Shown here: positions 50,634 to 63,150 of the stretch, one piece after another
Numbering within the stretch: position 1 is the stretch's first letter
Layout of the letters: every line of letters starts with the position of its first letter
From: Centroscyllium fabricii
Taxonomy: Eukaryota
Assembly: GCA_051313645.2 (NCBI GenBank)
Contig: JBNRSN020000005.1
Coordinates: forward strand, 304,730,001 to 304,794,000
Direction: 5' to 3'
DNA length: 64,000 nt
Position numbers and translations under genes: made by a program
The notes under the pieces: generated by a model
The model's input: the letters and a program-made list of their open reading frames with translations, nothing else
Told to the model about the DNA's origin: nothing
Databases searched by the model: none

Positions 50634-51246
50634 CAGGTTGAGCACCATTAATCCGGCACGGGGGGGACCAGGCCCGTGCCGGGAAAGCGAAAATCCCGAA
50701 CGATTGAAGCTTCGGCAAGCGCATGCGCAGACCACTCAAAATGGCCGCCGTGAAAGGCCGGTGGCCATTTTGAGTGGTCTGCACATGCGCTTATCGTTCG
50801 GGGAGGCCCAGCATCGTTCGGATTTTCTATAGCTCCTCAGTTTTGTGCTCTTTAGAATCCTCAATTGTTCAAATATTATGAGTTCCAACTTTAAAGGTAG
50901 CTTTGTGCAACTATCACAACCGGCTGGGAGCGACTCGGGGCGGCTCGCAGAGCCCCGGCTCGGGACGGCTCGCGGAGCCTCTGCTAGGGGCGGCTCGCGG
51001 AGGTCCGGCTGGGGGCAGCTCGCGGATCCTCGGCTGGGGGCGGCTCGCAGTGCCCCGGCTGGGGACGGCTCAGCCATTGTGAATGATCTGCGCATACGCT
51101 TGCCGTTCGGCGGCGCATGCGCAGATCATTCGCCAAAGTGTCAATCGCGGTGGCCATTTTGCGCATGCGCAGGGCAGTCGGGGCGATTTGTGCCGGACGT
51201 TCGAAGTTGCCGGCTTTTGGGTAACGGATTAACGGTGTTCAACCTG
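50634..51246. mobile_element. Tigger-like MITE, inverted copy of 49307-49734
   Basis: TA|CAGGTTGAGCACC ... GGTGTTCAACCTG|TA. Confidence 0.85.
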
Positions 51247-52338
51247 TATCTGATTTCATGTTTGTTGGTCTGGTGACATTTTATTCACTGCATTATTTTC
51301 TGGTGGAAGTGTTGAACTAAACTATCTGTAACTTTACATCAGGCTTGCTTTGTGTCTTATTTATGCTCCATTTAATTATTTTTTGTTGGTTAAATTGAAA
51401 ATGTTGTGAGTTAGCTACCAGTAAAATTAATTTGTGTAGCCTGTCAAACAACAAGGAAAACCAGTGTAAAGTGCAGGAAGAAGTTGTGGGCGTAATGTCC
51501 AGTTGGTGCGATGATTGTTTGGGAAAAGGTTCCCCATGTGTTCAGTAGTTCTGTCCTGTCAGGACATTTCACGCCTATAGTTTTTTTTACTTTCAATTGG
51601 ATTTAAACTCTTAACGACATTTTAAGACTTTGATTTTTGTGTGTTTTTGGTTTCCAAGTTTAACATTATTTTTTGAATGGGTTTGTGCAAGTGTTGGTAA
51701 GTGCTTAAATGTCTTATCGTCAAGAATGCAAGAGTTTTCAGAACAGCACAGGCTCTCTTTTGAAAAAGATGTGCAATCCAGCATTGAAGTATTTGTGTTG
51801 TGTGCTGTCTTCTCAGCAGCAGTGGTATTGCTAGGTTTACAAGACGCAGTAATGCATATGTGCCTACCTCAGGAACTCCTCCTACCTTGTACACTAGTTT
51901 GTCTCGTATTGTTTCTTAATTAATCTCTGGTTTGCGTAGGTTCCGGGAACCTTTGCGTGACAGTGTTTGCATTGGCAGATGGGCAACATTCCTGGCATGT
52001 CATTTTTCGCAGTGTAATGTTAGCTGGCCTTGTTGATGAACTTTTGATTTTTCTGTGGTTTTAGTCAGTCTCTTCTGATTTTTAAGCAATACAGAATAAC
52101 TTGTTCTCGTCTTTTTTGGACTTAAAAAAACAACTTGTTTGGGTATTTTGTTTCTTCCAAAAATGTAAATTGAAATTAATGAGAGAGAAAGAAATCATGA
52201 AATATGAGATCCAAAAACATTGTGAAAGATAACTCTTAGCCCACTATTTGTTCGATTTATTTAAGAAAATTCTCCAGTTTATCATGCAGCCCTTGGCTTT
52301 TGTAGATCCTTTTATTGAACAACATGATTTTCCAAGTA

Positions 52339-52711
52339 CAGGTTGAGCACCGGTAATCCGGCACCCTAGGGACCAGGCCGGTGCCGGACCATTGAAAATT
52401 CCAAACCGCTGAAGGTTCGGGGGGAGCACGTGGTAGAACACTCCCCAGGGCCCCGGAGCGCGTGGGTAGAACACTCCCCAGGGCCCGGGGATAAAACACT
52501 CCCCAGGAGAGAGCCCGGGGATAAAACACTTACAAGGCCTAAAATAACAGCAACCCAAACGCCCGACGCCTTCGGCGCTCGCCCACCCATCGCGGGAAAT
52601 GGTGGCGCCGCCGAGCGGCTGCTCCGCAAACTGAAGACCGCCGGTTCCCATTTGTGCCGGACCACTGAAGGTGCTGGACCATCGGGTGCCAGATTACCAG
52701 TGCTCAACCTG
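52339..52711. mobile_element. Tigger-like MITE, same family as 14840-15183, reverse orientation
   Basis: Matching TIRs and TA TSD. Confidence 0.87.
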
Positions 52712-52920
52712 TATAGACTTTGACAAATGCCGATTTGTCTCTGTCAGTGTAAGATTTATGAGGAATCATTACAATAACGAAAATTCCTTCGTACATGGCA
52801 ATTTTTCACTTTAGTGTTCGAAGCACTGCATGATGTGGCAAGTTTATTTAAAAGTTTGTATGTACACGTGCGTTAAAAATTTTTTAATAGAAAAAACAGA
52901 TCCTGCCATTATATTTCATG

Positions 52921-53245
52921 CAAGACGTCACACAACACCAGGTTATAGTCCAACAGTTTTATTTTAAATCACAAGCTTTCGGAGCGTTGCTCCTTCATCA
53001 GACGAAAGAGAAGTTAATTTGAAGACAGCACATATACAAGGGAGAGAGCAGTCTAATTTCTTCCAATTAGATTAGATTGCTCTCTCCCTTGTATATACGC
53101 TGTCTTCAAATTAACTTCTCTTTCACCTGACGAAGGCGCAGCGCTCCGAAAGCTTGTGATTTAAAATAAAACTGTTGGACTGTAACCTGGTATTGTGTGA
53201 CATCTTGCATTTGTTCACCCCAGTCCAACACCGGCACCTCCACAT
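52921..53245. mobile_element. Penelope-like inverted pseudo-LTR pair forming a long hairpin
   Basis: Arms ~52918-53057 and 53071-53210; 14-bp TSD CATT(A/G)TATTTCATG at 52907-52920 and 53246-53259. Confidence 0.82.
53123..53159 (+). ncRNA. Minimal type I hammerhead-ribozyme-like motif (Penelope-derived)
   Basis: TCAC-CTGACGA-aGGCGC AGC GCTCC-GAAA-GC-TT-GTGA: stem I, catalytic core, stem II and palindromic stem III. Activity untested. Confidence 0.55.
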
Positions 53246-56200
53246 CATTGTATTTCATGACTGCAATTCTATCATTTTCAGTCCTTGCTCAGTGTTCGTG
53301 GCGGGTGGGAAGTTTTAGTTAAGAGAAAAGTAACGGCTGATTTCATTTGTATTTGCTTATTTGGTTTTCCAGTCCTGTGCTCAAGTTAATGTTGTGTCCC
53401 AGTTCATTGTCGAGATCCTTGCTCTGTTTCAGGCTGGGGCAGGAAGATCTTATTTACTTCATAGCTGTTGGCAGGACGGCAGGGGCAATCTGGACCAGAT
53501 TATGATTTATTGTGATTTATGAATTGTTGCTGGGGACCTGAGGCCTCGTAAATTGTGAACCTTTTCCCTAATTGTTTACAGAGGCTGTTGGCAACCAGCG
53601 CTTCGTAGCTTAGTGGTTGTATGTGCATTCCCTTTGGTATTTGTGAGGCTAGATTGCGCTCCGGGAGTGTGTCCGATAGACAGTGTGGCATTGTTAGTAC
53701 TCCTATGCAAAGATTGTTGTAAAATTTAATGCACATTCCTCCTCATTGTTAAACATAGTTTGGACTTTTGTCCAGGCTGTATTGCTGCAGCCGCAGTGGT
53801 TTATTTCAGGTAATAGAAGGGAGCTAATGGAAGCGGTTTGTTGAGGAGAGCTTTGGGCAAGACTCCTTTCCTAATGCTCCAAAAGGGCTATACTTTATTT
53901 TTAAAAAGTAAAAACAAACTAGGCAGTTACAGTTGATTCCATAAGCTTGTCCAAGTCCAGTTACAGAATTCCTTTTTCGTATTTATAAAGCCACCTTTTA
54001 GAAGGATAATCTAACTTTATTTTACATGTTTATATAGCAGTTTTTTAAAGCTAGAATGGCAATGAAAGAGTTAATAGTCTTTACCCTTTGTGCTGCTGTG
54101 CCAGTTGCCTATTTTTATCATAGCATCACAGAGAGGGATTGAATCTTAATAATTGGTGATCTAACTGGCACACATTCAAACCAAGAGGTATTTGTCATCT
54201 AGTCATTAGAAGCACATACTGGGCAACGTGAGTTTGAAAACAGTGAGTGCTCAGTGTTGGAGATACTGCTTGTTCTGTTGGAAGACGATTCTATGAATTC
54301 GACTGAGAGCGGCTTCTGTGAGGCATACCACACTTTCTGTAGTCTCGATTTATATTCGAACTATAATTTGTGTCTATAACTCTGTGTTTCCAAGAATGCA
54401 TCATCATAAACCAGTTTGTGTGGGAATTTTGCAACTTCGAAATTCTTGGAATCCCATTCTTAGCAAATCTATTATAAGGCCCCTTTAGTCCAAAATAAAA
54501 CTGGATGTAATTTGGATGATTTTTAACCTACATAACTTGTGGTTCATTTAAAAACCTTGATTTTCTGGTTATTAAATCATGAATGATAAAAAAACATTCT
54601 AATCGCTGCACGGTGTATTAGTACCTACTAATTTTAAGAGTGCAATACTGTGGCGGTGCACTGAAATAAAGGACGTGTGCACGTGGACCTTTATGTGAAC
54701 CTTTTAGTGCGGCACTTTGGCATTTCAAGATTTAGCTTTCAAGTAATGAGAGTTGAGAAACCATTCCTTCTAATGTGGCTTTGAATAGATATTTATCCTG
54801 ATAGCCACCTAGTGGTAGGCTTGCTGGCTGAACTGAGATGGCCAAATCTTTATTGATTCCCAAGACTTAACCTCTTAATGGCTGGGTCCTAGTCAGTTGC
54901 TTACTTTTACGTTTACAATTAAAACAAGGCAGGAGTAAACTGCTGTTGGGTGTTGGACTGTGTTTGAGTTTTGACCTTACTTGCCAAAAATGTGCTGTCT
55001 ACCTTTAAGTTTGTTCTTTCATTTTTTCATTAAATTTGTTGACTTGTGAGTTTACAGTGAATTCTCGCAAGTGGGTTCATTATTGCAGATATTACCTAAA
55101 GCGCTGCTCTCCTGTACATCAGTTGGGATTTCTCATGCTTTATGTTATAAAGCCCAAATTAACAGCTGTTTTGGTTTGTGTTCACATGGATCTGACTGTG
55201 GGATTAGGTTGCGTTCTCATGTGTATCAATCTGGTTTGATTTATTTCAAGTCTATCAAAAAGATCAATTAAGCTCTTTCAAAGTAAAGCTCCAATGAGCC
55301 CCCTCCTAACATGTCAGTAGCGTGAGGTTGCTACCAAACTGCACTGACGAGGTCCAACTTGTCGATTTGGAGAAACAAAACAGATTCTAGTCTCGAACAG
55401 GAGATTCAGTTGTGATTGTCAAATTCTTTGAAACTTTGTTCAGCCATGTAGTACAGGAAGGTATATTAATGTTGATGCATTACTAAAGGATATGCCTGGC
55501 ATGTGTGTGTTTTTAATTTAATTCTAAATTCGGTTTAATATATAATTTCATTCCAAAGAAAGAGTAAGAGGCTGTTTAAGTTCAGGTACTCAGTCTGTTG
55601 TTTGTTTAATCAAAATTTTAAATAAAGGTTATTTTGATAAATGAATCTGTCATCTTTAACAGCCAGAACCGTCTAGTTAGGCGACCAGAAATCCTAAAGC
55701 TCCCGTACTAAATACTGGCTTTGTGCTAATGAAAATGGCTGTCAGACAGGCAGACTAACAGGAAATTAGGTTAGTACTTTGGTTCCAGAACTAATGTTTT
55801 TCTTAGTCCATTTCTTCACACTTCTTCACACTTTTAGTAGCCAATCAACATTTGCTGTTAACGTTCTGATTTCTCTTTCGGTGATCAAGTATTATTACAA
55901 ATTCCAAGTATTCAGTATTTTGAATGTGAATTCCTTTATGACTGTTAATTAGTATCCGAATCAGACATTTTCAAATAGGAGGCTCAATTTGAAATGGGCG
56001 ATCTGTTTCGCATGTACAGGGTATCTGCAATTCGGTGACAATGCAGGACACCTGACCCGTAGAAAACGAATGGAATTTTGATGATTTTTGTTTTGGGGGG
56101 TGATCTGCTTATGAAGTTTGCAATTTGAGCCTCGTGCCTTTTTAATATGCTAGAACAGCATTTTTTCGCTCTTTAATCTTTTGATACTATAAGGAGCTAT

Positions 56201-56804
56201 AGTTTGAGTGGACTTGTACCTTGGAAAAGATGGAAGGCCTTCCTTTGTAATTGACCTTTCACCTGATAATGGCCAGGACCTGCAGCGTGGGGAGGTGGGT
56301 AGAGCCTTCTATTTGGGAGGAGAAATCTTTTTGTAGAGACTCGGCAAGTAGACCTTCAGGAGAACATAAAGCCATTTGCCTTCAAATTAATCAGCTGCAC
56401 TAATTGGGTTATTGGTACAAGACAAATTACAGGCTACAAATCCTTTGGGATAGCTTCTGACAGCAATAGCAGTGATATGGGATGTAACTTTTCAATGCAT
56501 TCTAGGAAGGCCAGACCATATGCCTTAGCAAAAAGAAGCCAGTACGTAATTCTGTAGGAATTGGAAAGGGCAGAGTATTGGTCAGATGAAGAGGGAAATT
56601 AGTAGGGGAAAATGAGGGCTTGAGGCTCCTCGAACTTGTACTGTGTATTTTCTTCAACGCTCAGTGACTTTTTAAATAATTCTCTCTTTACATTTCCTTC
56701 CACTTGGTAATTGAATATATGAGTGATATGGTAGCTTGATTTCTAGAGATTTTAATAACTTGTAGATATAGATTTCTGGAGTAATGGCTAGTTAGGTAGT
56801 ACAA

Positions 56805-57360
56805 AATAACAACAGAAAACGCTGGAGAAACTCAGCAGGCCAGGCAGCATCGGTGGAGAGAGGAGCAGAGTTGACGTTTCAAGTCGATGACCTTTCTTCA
56901 GAACTGGAGAAGCCAGGAGGGGGGATAGATTTAAAGCTTGTGGGGGCTGGGGAAAGGGGAGGTGGAGGTGGCTGGAAGGTGGGGGGGAGATAAGAGATGT
57001 GCGGAGAAATTGAAGAAACACAGGATGGCTCAGAATAGGTGTGAACAGCTTTAGCAGAGTAAAGAAAAAAGCCCAGACGAAAGTGTGGATTGAAAAAAGA
57101 GAAAATATATATCTGTAAAAAATGTGGTCGGGGCTGAGGTTCTGATCTAAAATTGTTGAACTCTATGTTTAGTCCAGAGGGCTGTAGCGTGCCTAAGCGA
57201 AAGATGAGGTGCTGTTCCTCGAGCTTACGCTGGGCTTCCGTGGAACAATGCAACAGGCCGCAGACAGTGAGGTCTGAATGGGAGTGTAGTGGAGAATTAA
57301 AGTGACAGGCCACCGGGAGCTCGGGGTCCCCCTTACGGACTGAATGGAGGTGTTACGCAA
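56805..57360 (-). mobile_element. Penelope-like element, GIY-YIG endonuclease C-terminus and pLTR
   Basis: ACHFNSPLHSHSDL...RKLEEQHLIFRLGTLQPSGLN. Confidence 0.85.
56869..56905 (-). ncRNA. Minimal hammerhead-ribozyme-like motif
   Basis: Minus strand AGTT-CTGAAGA-aAGGTC ATC GACTT-GAAA-CG-TC-AACT, with a GUC cleavage triplet. Confidence 0.6.
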
Positions 57361-57519
57361 GGTAGTACAAAATCCTGCAGAGCTACTCATGAATATTCAA
57401 ATTTGAAATCACTGAATTGGCCACCTGTGATCCAATCTTCGATCATCACCTGTTTTTAAATATCTTTCTTGGTTCTGATTGGCACTTTTCTTAAAATGTA
57501 ACTAGTTTTGCACATCAGT

Positions 57520-58060
57520 GAAAGCCAGGCTGTCATCCGTCATCCTCTCCAACTTCTACCGCTGCACAATCGAAAGCATACTGACAAGCTGCATCACAGT
57601 CTGGTATGGAAATTGCACTATCTCGGACCGGAAGACCCCGCAGCGGGTAGTCAAAACTGCCCAACGAATCACCGGTACCCAGCTACCGTCAATGGAAAGC
57701 ATCTACCTCAAACGCTGCTTACGGAGGTCTCTGAACATTATTAAAGACCCCACACATCCCAGCCACAGTCTTTTCGCCCCCCTGCCCTCCGGGAGACGCT
57801 ACAGATCAATTCGCACCCGCACAACTAGATTAAGAACAGCTTCTTCCCCAGGGCTGTCAGCCTCCTGAACTCTTTAAAAAAAATAATAAATAAATAAATA
57901 AATAAATAAACTCCAGTATCTGCACACCTGAAAATGTACTTTACTGTATGCAATTTGCATGTAATTTATTTGCACTATCGGGAGCGGCGAGTCTTCATCT
58001 CGTTGTATTGTACTTGTACTCTGCAATGACAATAAAACTTGAATTGAATTGAATTCAATT
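57520..58060 (+). mobile_element. Rex1/Babar-type LINE 3' end
   Basis: FYRCTIESILTSCITVWYGNC...; same family as the copies at 42709 and 43248. Confidence 0.87.
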
Positions 58061-59741
58061 GAATCAGTGAGAAGACTCCAGGTGGGCAGCTGGTAATTAA
58101 CAACCTCCTGGGGTTGCAAGTGTGGAACTGTGCTCATAGGACACCACACCCTTCCAGGGATGGGTCTGCGCTGAGAAAAACTAGGCCCGTTCAGAAGTAG
58201 AGCTGCACTGGAAACACTAGGCCCATTCAGGCACAGAGCTGTGCTGGGAATCCCAATGCCTATCCAGGATGTAGTCGTGATGGGGGACACTTGAGTTAAG
58301 CCCTGGCATGGAATGGATCACCTTTTTCTTCATTTTTTTCTTTTTTTACTGGTTTATTTGGAGTGAGTGCAGCCCTTTAGTCCGCATTTATTGGAACTGC
58401 ACTTTTTAATGGAAATGTTACCAGCCTATGTTAAAAAAAAACTGCTGAATGTATAAAAATAAATTAAATGTTCTTTTTAAAAAAAAATACACTTATTACG
58501 TTCTGATATTAAAATGCTCTTAGATTTCAAAATTATTACTTTATTTTTTAGATTCAGCTTTTCAAAGTTTTTTTTTATTACTTCCTGTTTCTCACCACAT
58601 TAATATCTGGGTCCTGAAGTTGCCGGGTGATTTTTATTGTCATCTTCTCTCCCTTTTAATGGCCATCACAATGCATTTGACCTTTGATGATTGGAGCCGT
58701 TCCGTCAGCAGACAGTATTTCATTGTCCATTGAGCCAATCCATCAGCCAAACAGCTTAAACTCCACAACTAGGTAACAGTGTATTTATGGGGGAATAAAA
58801 TTAGAGTTTTAGCTTTTACAGACTGTAGAATACTGTCCCCGATCAGTGTTACTAACATTTCATTGATCCCAAACGAAGCCTTCGTTGGAGGCCACTCTTT
58901 GAGAATGCTGCAACACACTACACCAAGGAATGATGGGATGTGGGTCTGTGCCTGTGATTTCCGCATACATTGAGCTCCTAATTTCAATCATGCCGCTGTG
59001 AGCTGCTACCACAGCGGGTTGGGGGGGTGGGTGAGGGTAGACAACTTTCCCAGAGAAAGGAAGAAAAGTGGGACCAATAGTTCAATTTTAATTGGGTCTT
59101 TTCCCTGTTATGTGAATGCTGAGCTAACCGTGCCTATGAATGGAATTCTCTTGCCGCCTTTTGTGGAGAGCAAGAAAGAAGGAGAAGGAACAACTCTGAA
59201 TCTCGGCCTGGTCAGGATTTCCAAAGTCTAGAGGCCAAGATGCACATGCCCTTGAAATTCTGCCTAGGGCTGAATGCAAAGAAGAGTAGGCTGCTAATGT
59301 CCTCATGGCCATATCAGGAACAGTACTCCCCTAGGTTATGAAAAACAAGAGGCGATAGTCCTGAGATTGTAATAACGATGCTCGAAGAAAAATATATTGA
59401 ACAGAGAAGCCGCCTCTGCTAGGAATAGAAACCAGGACACTGTGGTCTGGTATGTCATATTTCCAAGAATGCTATTTACACAACACGTGCTGATTGTTTT
59501 GTACTAATGTCCTGAGCAATCATTTTCTATTCTAATCTCTTAGGCTCTCTGTACACTTAATGCTACAATTTGTTTTTTAAAGGGCTGTTTGAAGCCCAGC
59601 TTTGGGCATGTTACTGTTACATTGCTGGTTTGGATCAGTCTTGTAACTTCTTGAAAAGCACTGGCTCTCGGAGTAATCCAAACCTGCTGATTGAGTCTGT
59701 GCAAGCGGAGCAGACTGAGAGGTGCTGTCCCATTCTTAGTA

Positions 59742-60087
59742 CAGGTACACAATCGCTTATCTGCAACTCCAAAAACCGAAAAGTTCCAAAAACTGAAGTT
59801 TTTCTTCAATTTATTTAAGAAAAAAATGATTTAAGCTGTAGCAGAAAAAACACGTTCCTACCCCGATCTCGTGCTGTTGATGCCGTGCTGAGGAAAAAAA
59901 TGGCCGGTCTCCCCCCTCCAAACGGCCGGTCTCCCGCTCCCTGACCGCGAGTTGGGCCGCAAACACGGAAATGCGCATGCGCAAGTGATCTGCGCATGCG
60001 CACTGGGGCCAACTCTAAAAACCGTATTTATCCGAAAACCAAAACCCGCCCGATCCTGAGGTTTTAGGATAAAGGGTTGTGTACTTG
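59742..60087. mobile_element. Tigger/pogo-like MITE (distinct family)
   Basis: TA|CAGGTACACAATCGCTTATC ... GATAAAGGGTTGTGTACTTG|TA. Confidence 0.78.
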
Positions 60088-62788
60088 TAGTAGGCTGTGC
60101 CATTTCACTGATGTGGATTGTATAAAACAGTTTTTATATTTCTCCTCCCTCAAAAGTGCTGCTTCATGCCCTTGTCCTGGGTACCCATCCTCCTCTGGTA
60201 TCTTGCGCAGGTGGCTCTTCGTTGAGAGAGCCTGGGCAGTGAATGTTGGTAGGTTATGCAACAGGGTGGTGGTGGGGGGTCACGGTTTTACCCTATCCTT
60301 CTCTGATGGCTACACACGTGCATTTCCATCGGCGGGGGGCGCGGGGCGTGGGGGTGTGTCACAGGATAGCTAGCGATTGGGAATGAAACTGTTGGATGAT
60401 GGTTTGTTTTTTCTAATCCTCCCTTTTGGAATTCCATTAGTGTTGATCTGAGATGGACAAAATCAGGTGATCTATAATTACAAAGGTCTGATGTTTTTCC
60501 TGTAAGCGAGGGTACTCATTTTCCTCTAGATGTGAGATTCCATTCTAATTAAAATTCGCCCGAGTAGGTTTGGCTCTCCACAAAGCGCGAGTGTTTTTTT
60601 GTTGAAAGTACAGTATTCAGCCATTCTGATTCAGTACTTACCTTTTCCAAGAGGGAGGGTTAAATGTGAAATTGTTTGAAATTCCTAGAAGACAGTACAG
60701 TATCTGCACACTTACTAACTTTGTGCTGTGTTACCACAATCTTGGCCAGAAGCAATATGTTGCCCTAGCCTTTGTGGAAGTTTACACAAAACAGTTGGAG
60801 AAGGTGTGCTGGGAGTTTACTGCAGCTGCACGTTGGATTTGGTCACATGGGAGTAGATACAGTGTCTATATATTCTTGTGGTATTCATAGTCGATAGTTT
60901 AGTGTAACGTGAAGGAATTTGGTTCACCATTTTCTTCCCTCCATTAATTTTTTTAAAAGGGAGATTTTTTTTTCCTGTTGGTCTTCCACAGCTCGTGCTG
61001 TCTCTGGTAATGTCTGATCTACCAGAGAGGTCATATTTTTTTTACTTTGATCTTCATTTTCTTCATCTAAGTTGACACTTTCTGCAGTAAAAAGCATTAT
61101 GTTGAGATCTGTGGGGGAGAAAGACTTTCTATTGAATATATATAACTTAAAATCCCAGCACTTACATATTTTAAGAAGTTGCTTTTCACCCCCTTCCCCC
61201 ACCAAAATAGATTAAGTTTGCCATGTTAAATGCAAGTACATTAAAAAAAATTGAAACTAGATTGTAGGCAGGTGAGGCAAATAATAACACCATTTAAATT
61301 TCACTGTATAGTAATAATAGAAGTAATACAGAGAGATTTATTAACCTAATATAACATTCGAAGGAATGCTTTTATAATAATCTTGAATAATGTAGCATAT
61401 TGGACCACATGGTGGAAAATTGACCGTTAAATTTTTTTGGTGGTGTTCAGGAAAACCAAACCACACTTCGGTTGTCATTGCTTCCCCCCACCCCCAAACG
61501 CTTGACACAAACTGAAGCTGGATTTTAACACCATATTCTTGCAAGAGTTTTATATGTGTGTGTATTTGTATATGTATGTGTGTGTGTATAACTGACTATA
61601 GAAAGAAGACTTTGCAAATTTACACTTGTTGAGCTATACAATAACGTCGTCCCCATGTACAAATGTATTGGGGGAGGGGTGGCAAATCCCAACCAGAACA
61701 TGTTTATGTTTATTAGAGCCAAACCCGTCTGGAAGCTAAAATCAGTGAGTTAAAATTATTACTGCTTTTACTTCTAAACTGATTTTAGAGCGAAAACATT
61801 AGGATTTGTTTCATTTTTCCCCCCACTTTAATTTAGTCTCTGACTAGATTGGACTGTTTCAACACTTCCCCCTTTAAGCCTTCCCTTTTTGGCTTGGTTT
61901 TTACATATATCACAGCCTGGCAGCCTAAGAGCCTGGGACTTCCCCACACCACACTCCGCTGCTTTGATCTCTAGCTTTGGAGGTAACATCAAAAGGATTG
62001 TTGAGAAAGCCAGCCACTACTGTGAAGTTCAACGTTCAAGTTGACGGCTTGGCTGGGGGCGGCTGCTGAGGCTGACGTACAGATAGACTATTGAGCCTCC
62101 CCCTCCCCCCCCCTCCCCTTTCGGTTCTTCATTAAAGATTCACCTTCCTGTTTGAGGCCGTTAATTTTTAAACATACACAATTCTTTTAACTAAAGCAAA
62201 GATCGTTCTTTAATGAAAGAAACAAGTGCGTGGAGTAATGCTACTTTTAAATTGGTTAGGTGAGTAATCGTGCCAGTGCATTCAAGACTGCAGCTGTGAC
62301 CTGCAGTGCATCTTTGCAGAATTGTGTTTTCTTTAGGGTGACTCTCACCTGTGTGTTATTCGATTTTGTTGAGCAGTTTCACAACACAGGTGTCTTCATA
62401 ATTTCTTGAAAAATCTTCTGCCTGACTTCTTAAAATGATTTCTGGTTTAGGGTTAGATCTCATTTCGATGAGATTTAAAAGCAGTGCCAGGCAAATGTGA
62501 ATGTTTTATAGGAATTTTTATATTAAGAAACACACGTACTTACCAAATAAGCATTTACATTTGGGCTGCACTCTCCCTATAAAGTAGTGTCCGTGCAAAG
62601 CGGTTATAGTGTAAGTGCAGCCTGAATCTGGTGTCCAGGCCCAAATTGACACTGGAGCGAAGAGGAGCGAGAGTCTCCACAGGAGGTGGTCTCTCTTGCT
62701 TTGGAGTCATTTTGGGTCTTGACACCTGAATCACATCACAGGTTCAGCTGATGTTAACCCTGGATTGAAGGAAAATGAATGTCTTGTG

Positions 62789-63150
62789 ATAGAAACATCG
62801 AAGATAGGAGCAGGAGTAGGCCATTCGGCCCTTCGAGCCTGCTCCGCCATTCAATGAGATCATGGCTGATCATCCAAACCCAGCACCCTGTCCCTGCCTT
62901 CTCCCAATATCCCTCGATCCCTATCGAGCCTACACCGACACACATCCCACCCTATCCCCGTAACCCCACATATTCAATCCCCCTAACACTAAGGGTCAAT
63001 TTATCATGGCCAATCAACCTAACCCGCACATCTTTGGACTGTGGGAGGAAACCGGAGCACCCGGAGGAAACCCACGCAGACACGAGGAGAATGTGCAAAC
63101 TCCACACAGATAGTACCCGAGGCTGGATTTGAACCCGGGTCTCTAGTGCT
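62789..63150 (-). mobile_element. HE1-type V-SINE
   Basis: B box, V core and CR1 tail. Confidence 0.88.

Noticed and set aside
53268-53290. CAT TTT CAG TCC (HFQS) resembling the start of mammalian TCF7L2 exon 4
   Set aside because: No acceptor AG directly upstream and no similarity beyond four codons.
53776-53809. 34-nt AG...GT-bounded mini-exon candidate
   Set aside because: Short, frameshifting, weak donor; expected by chance in a 38-kb intron.
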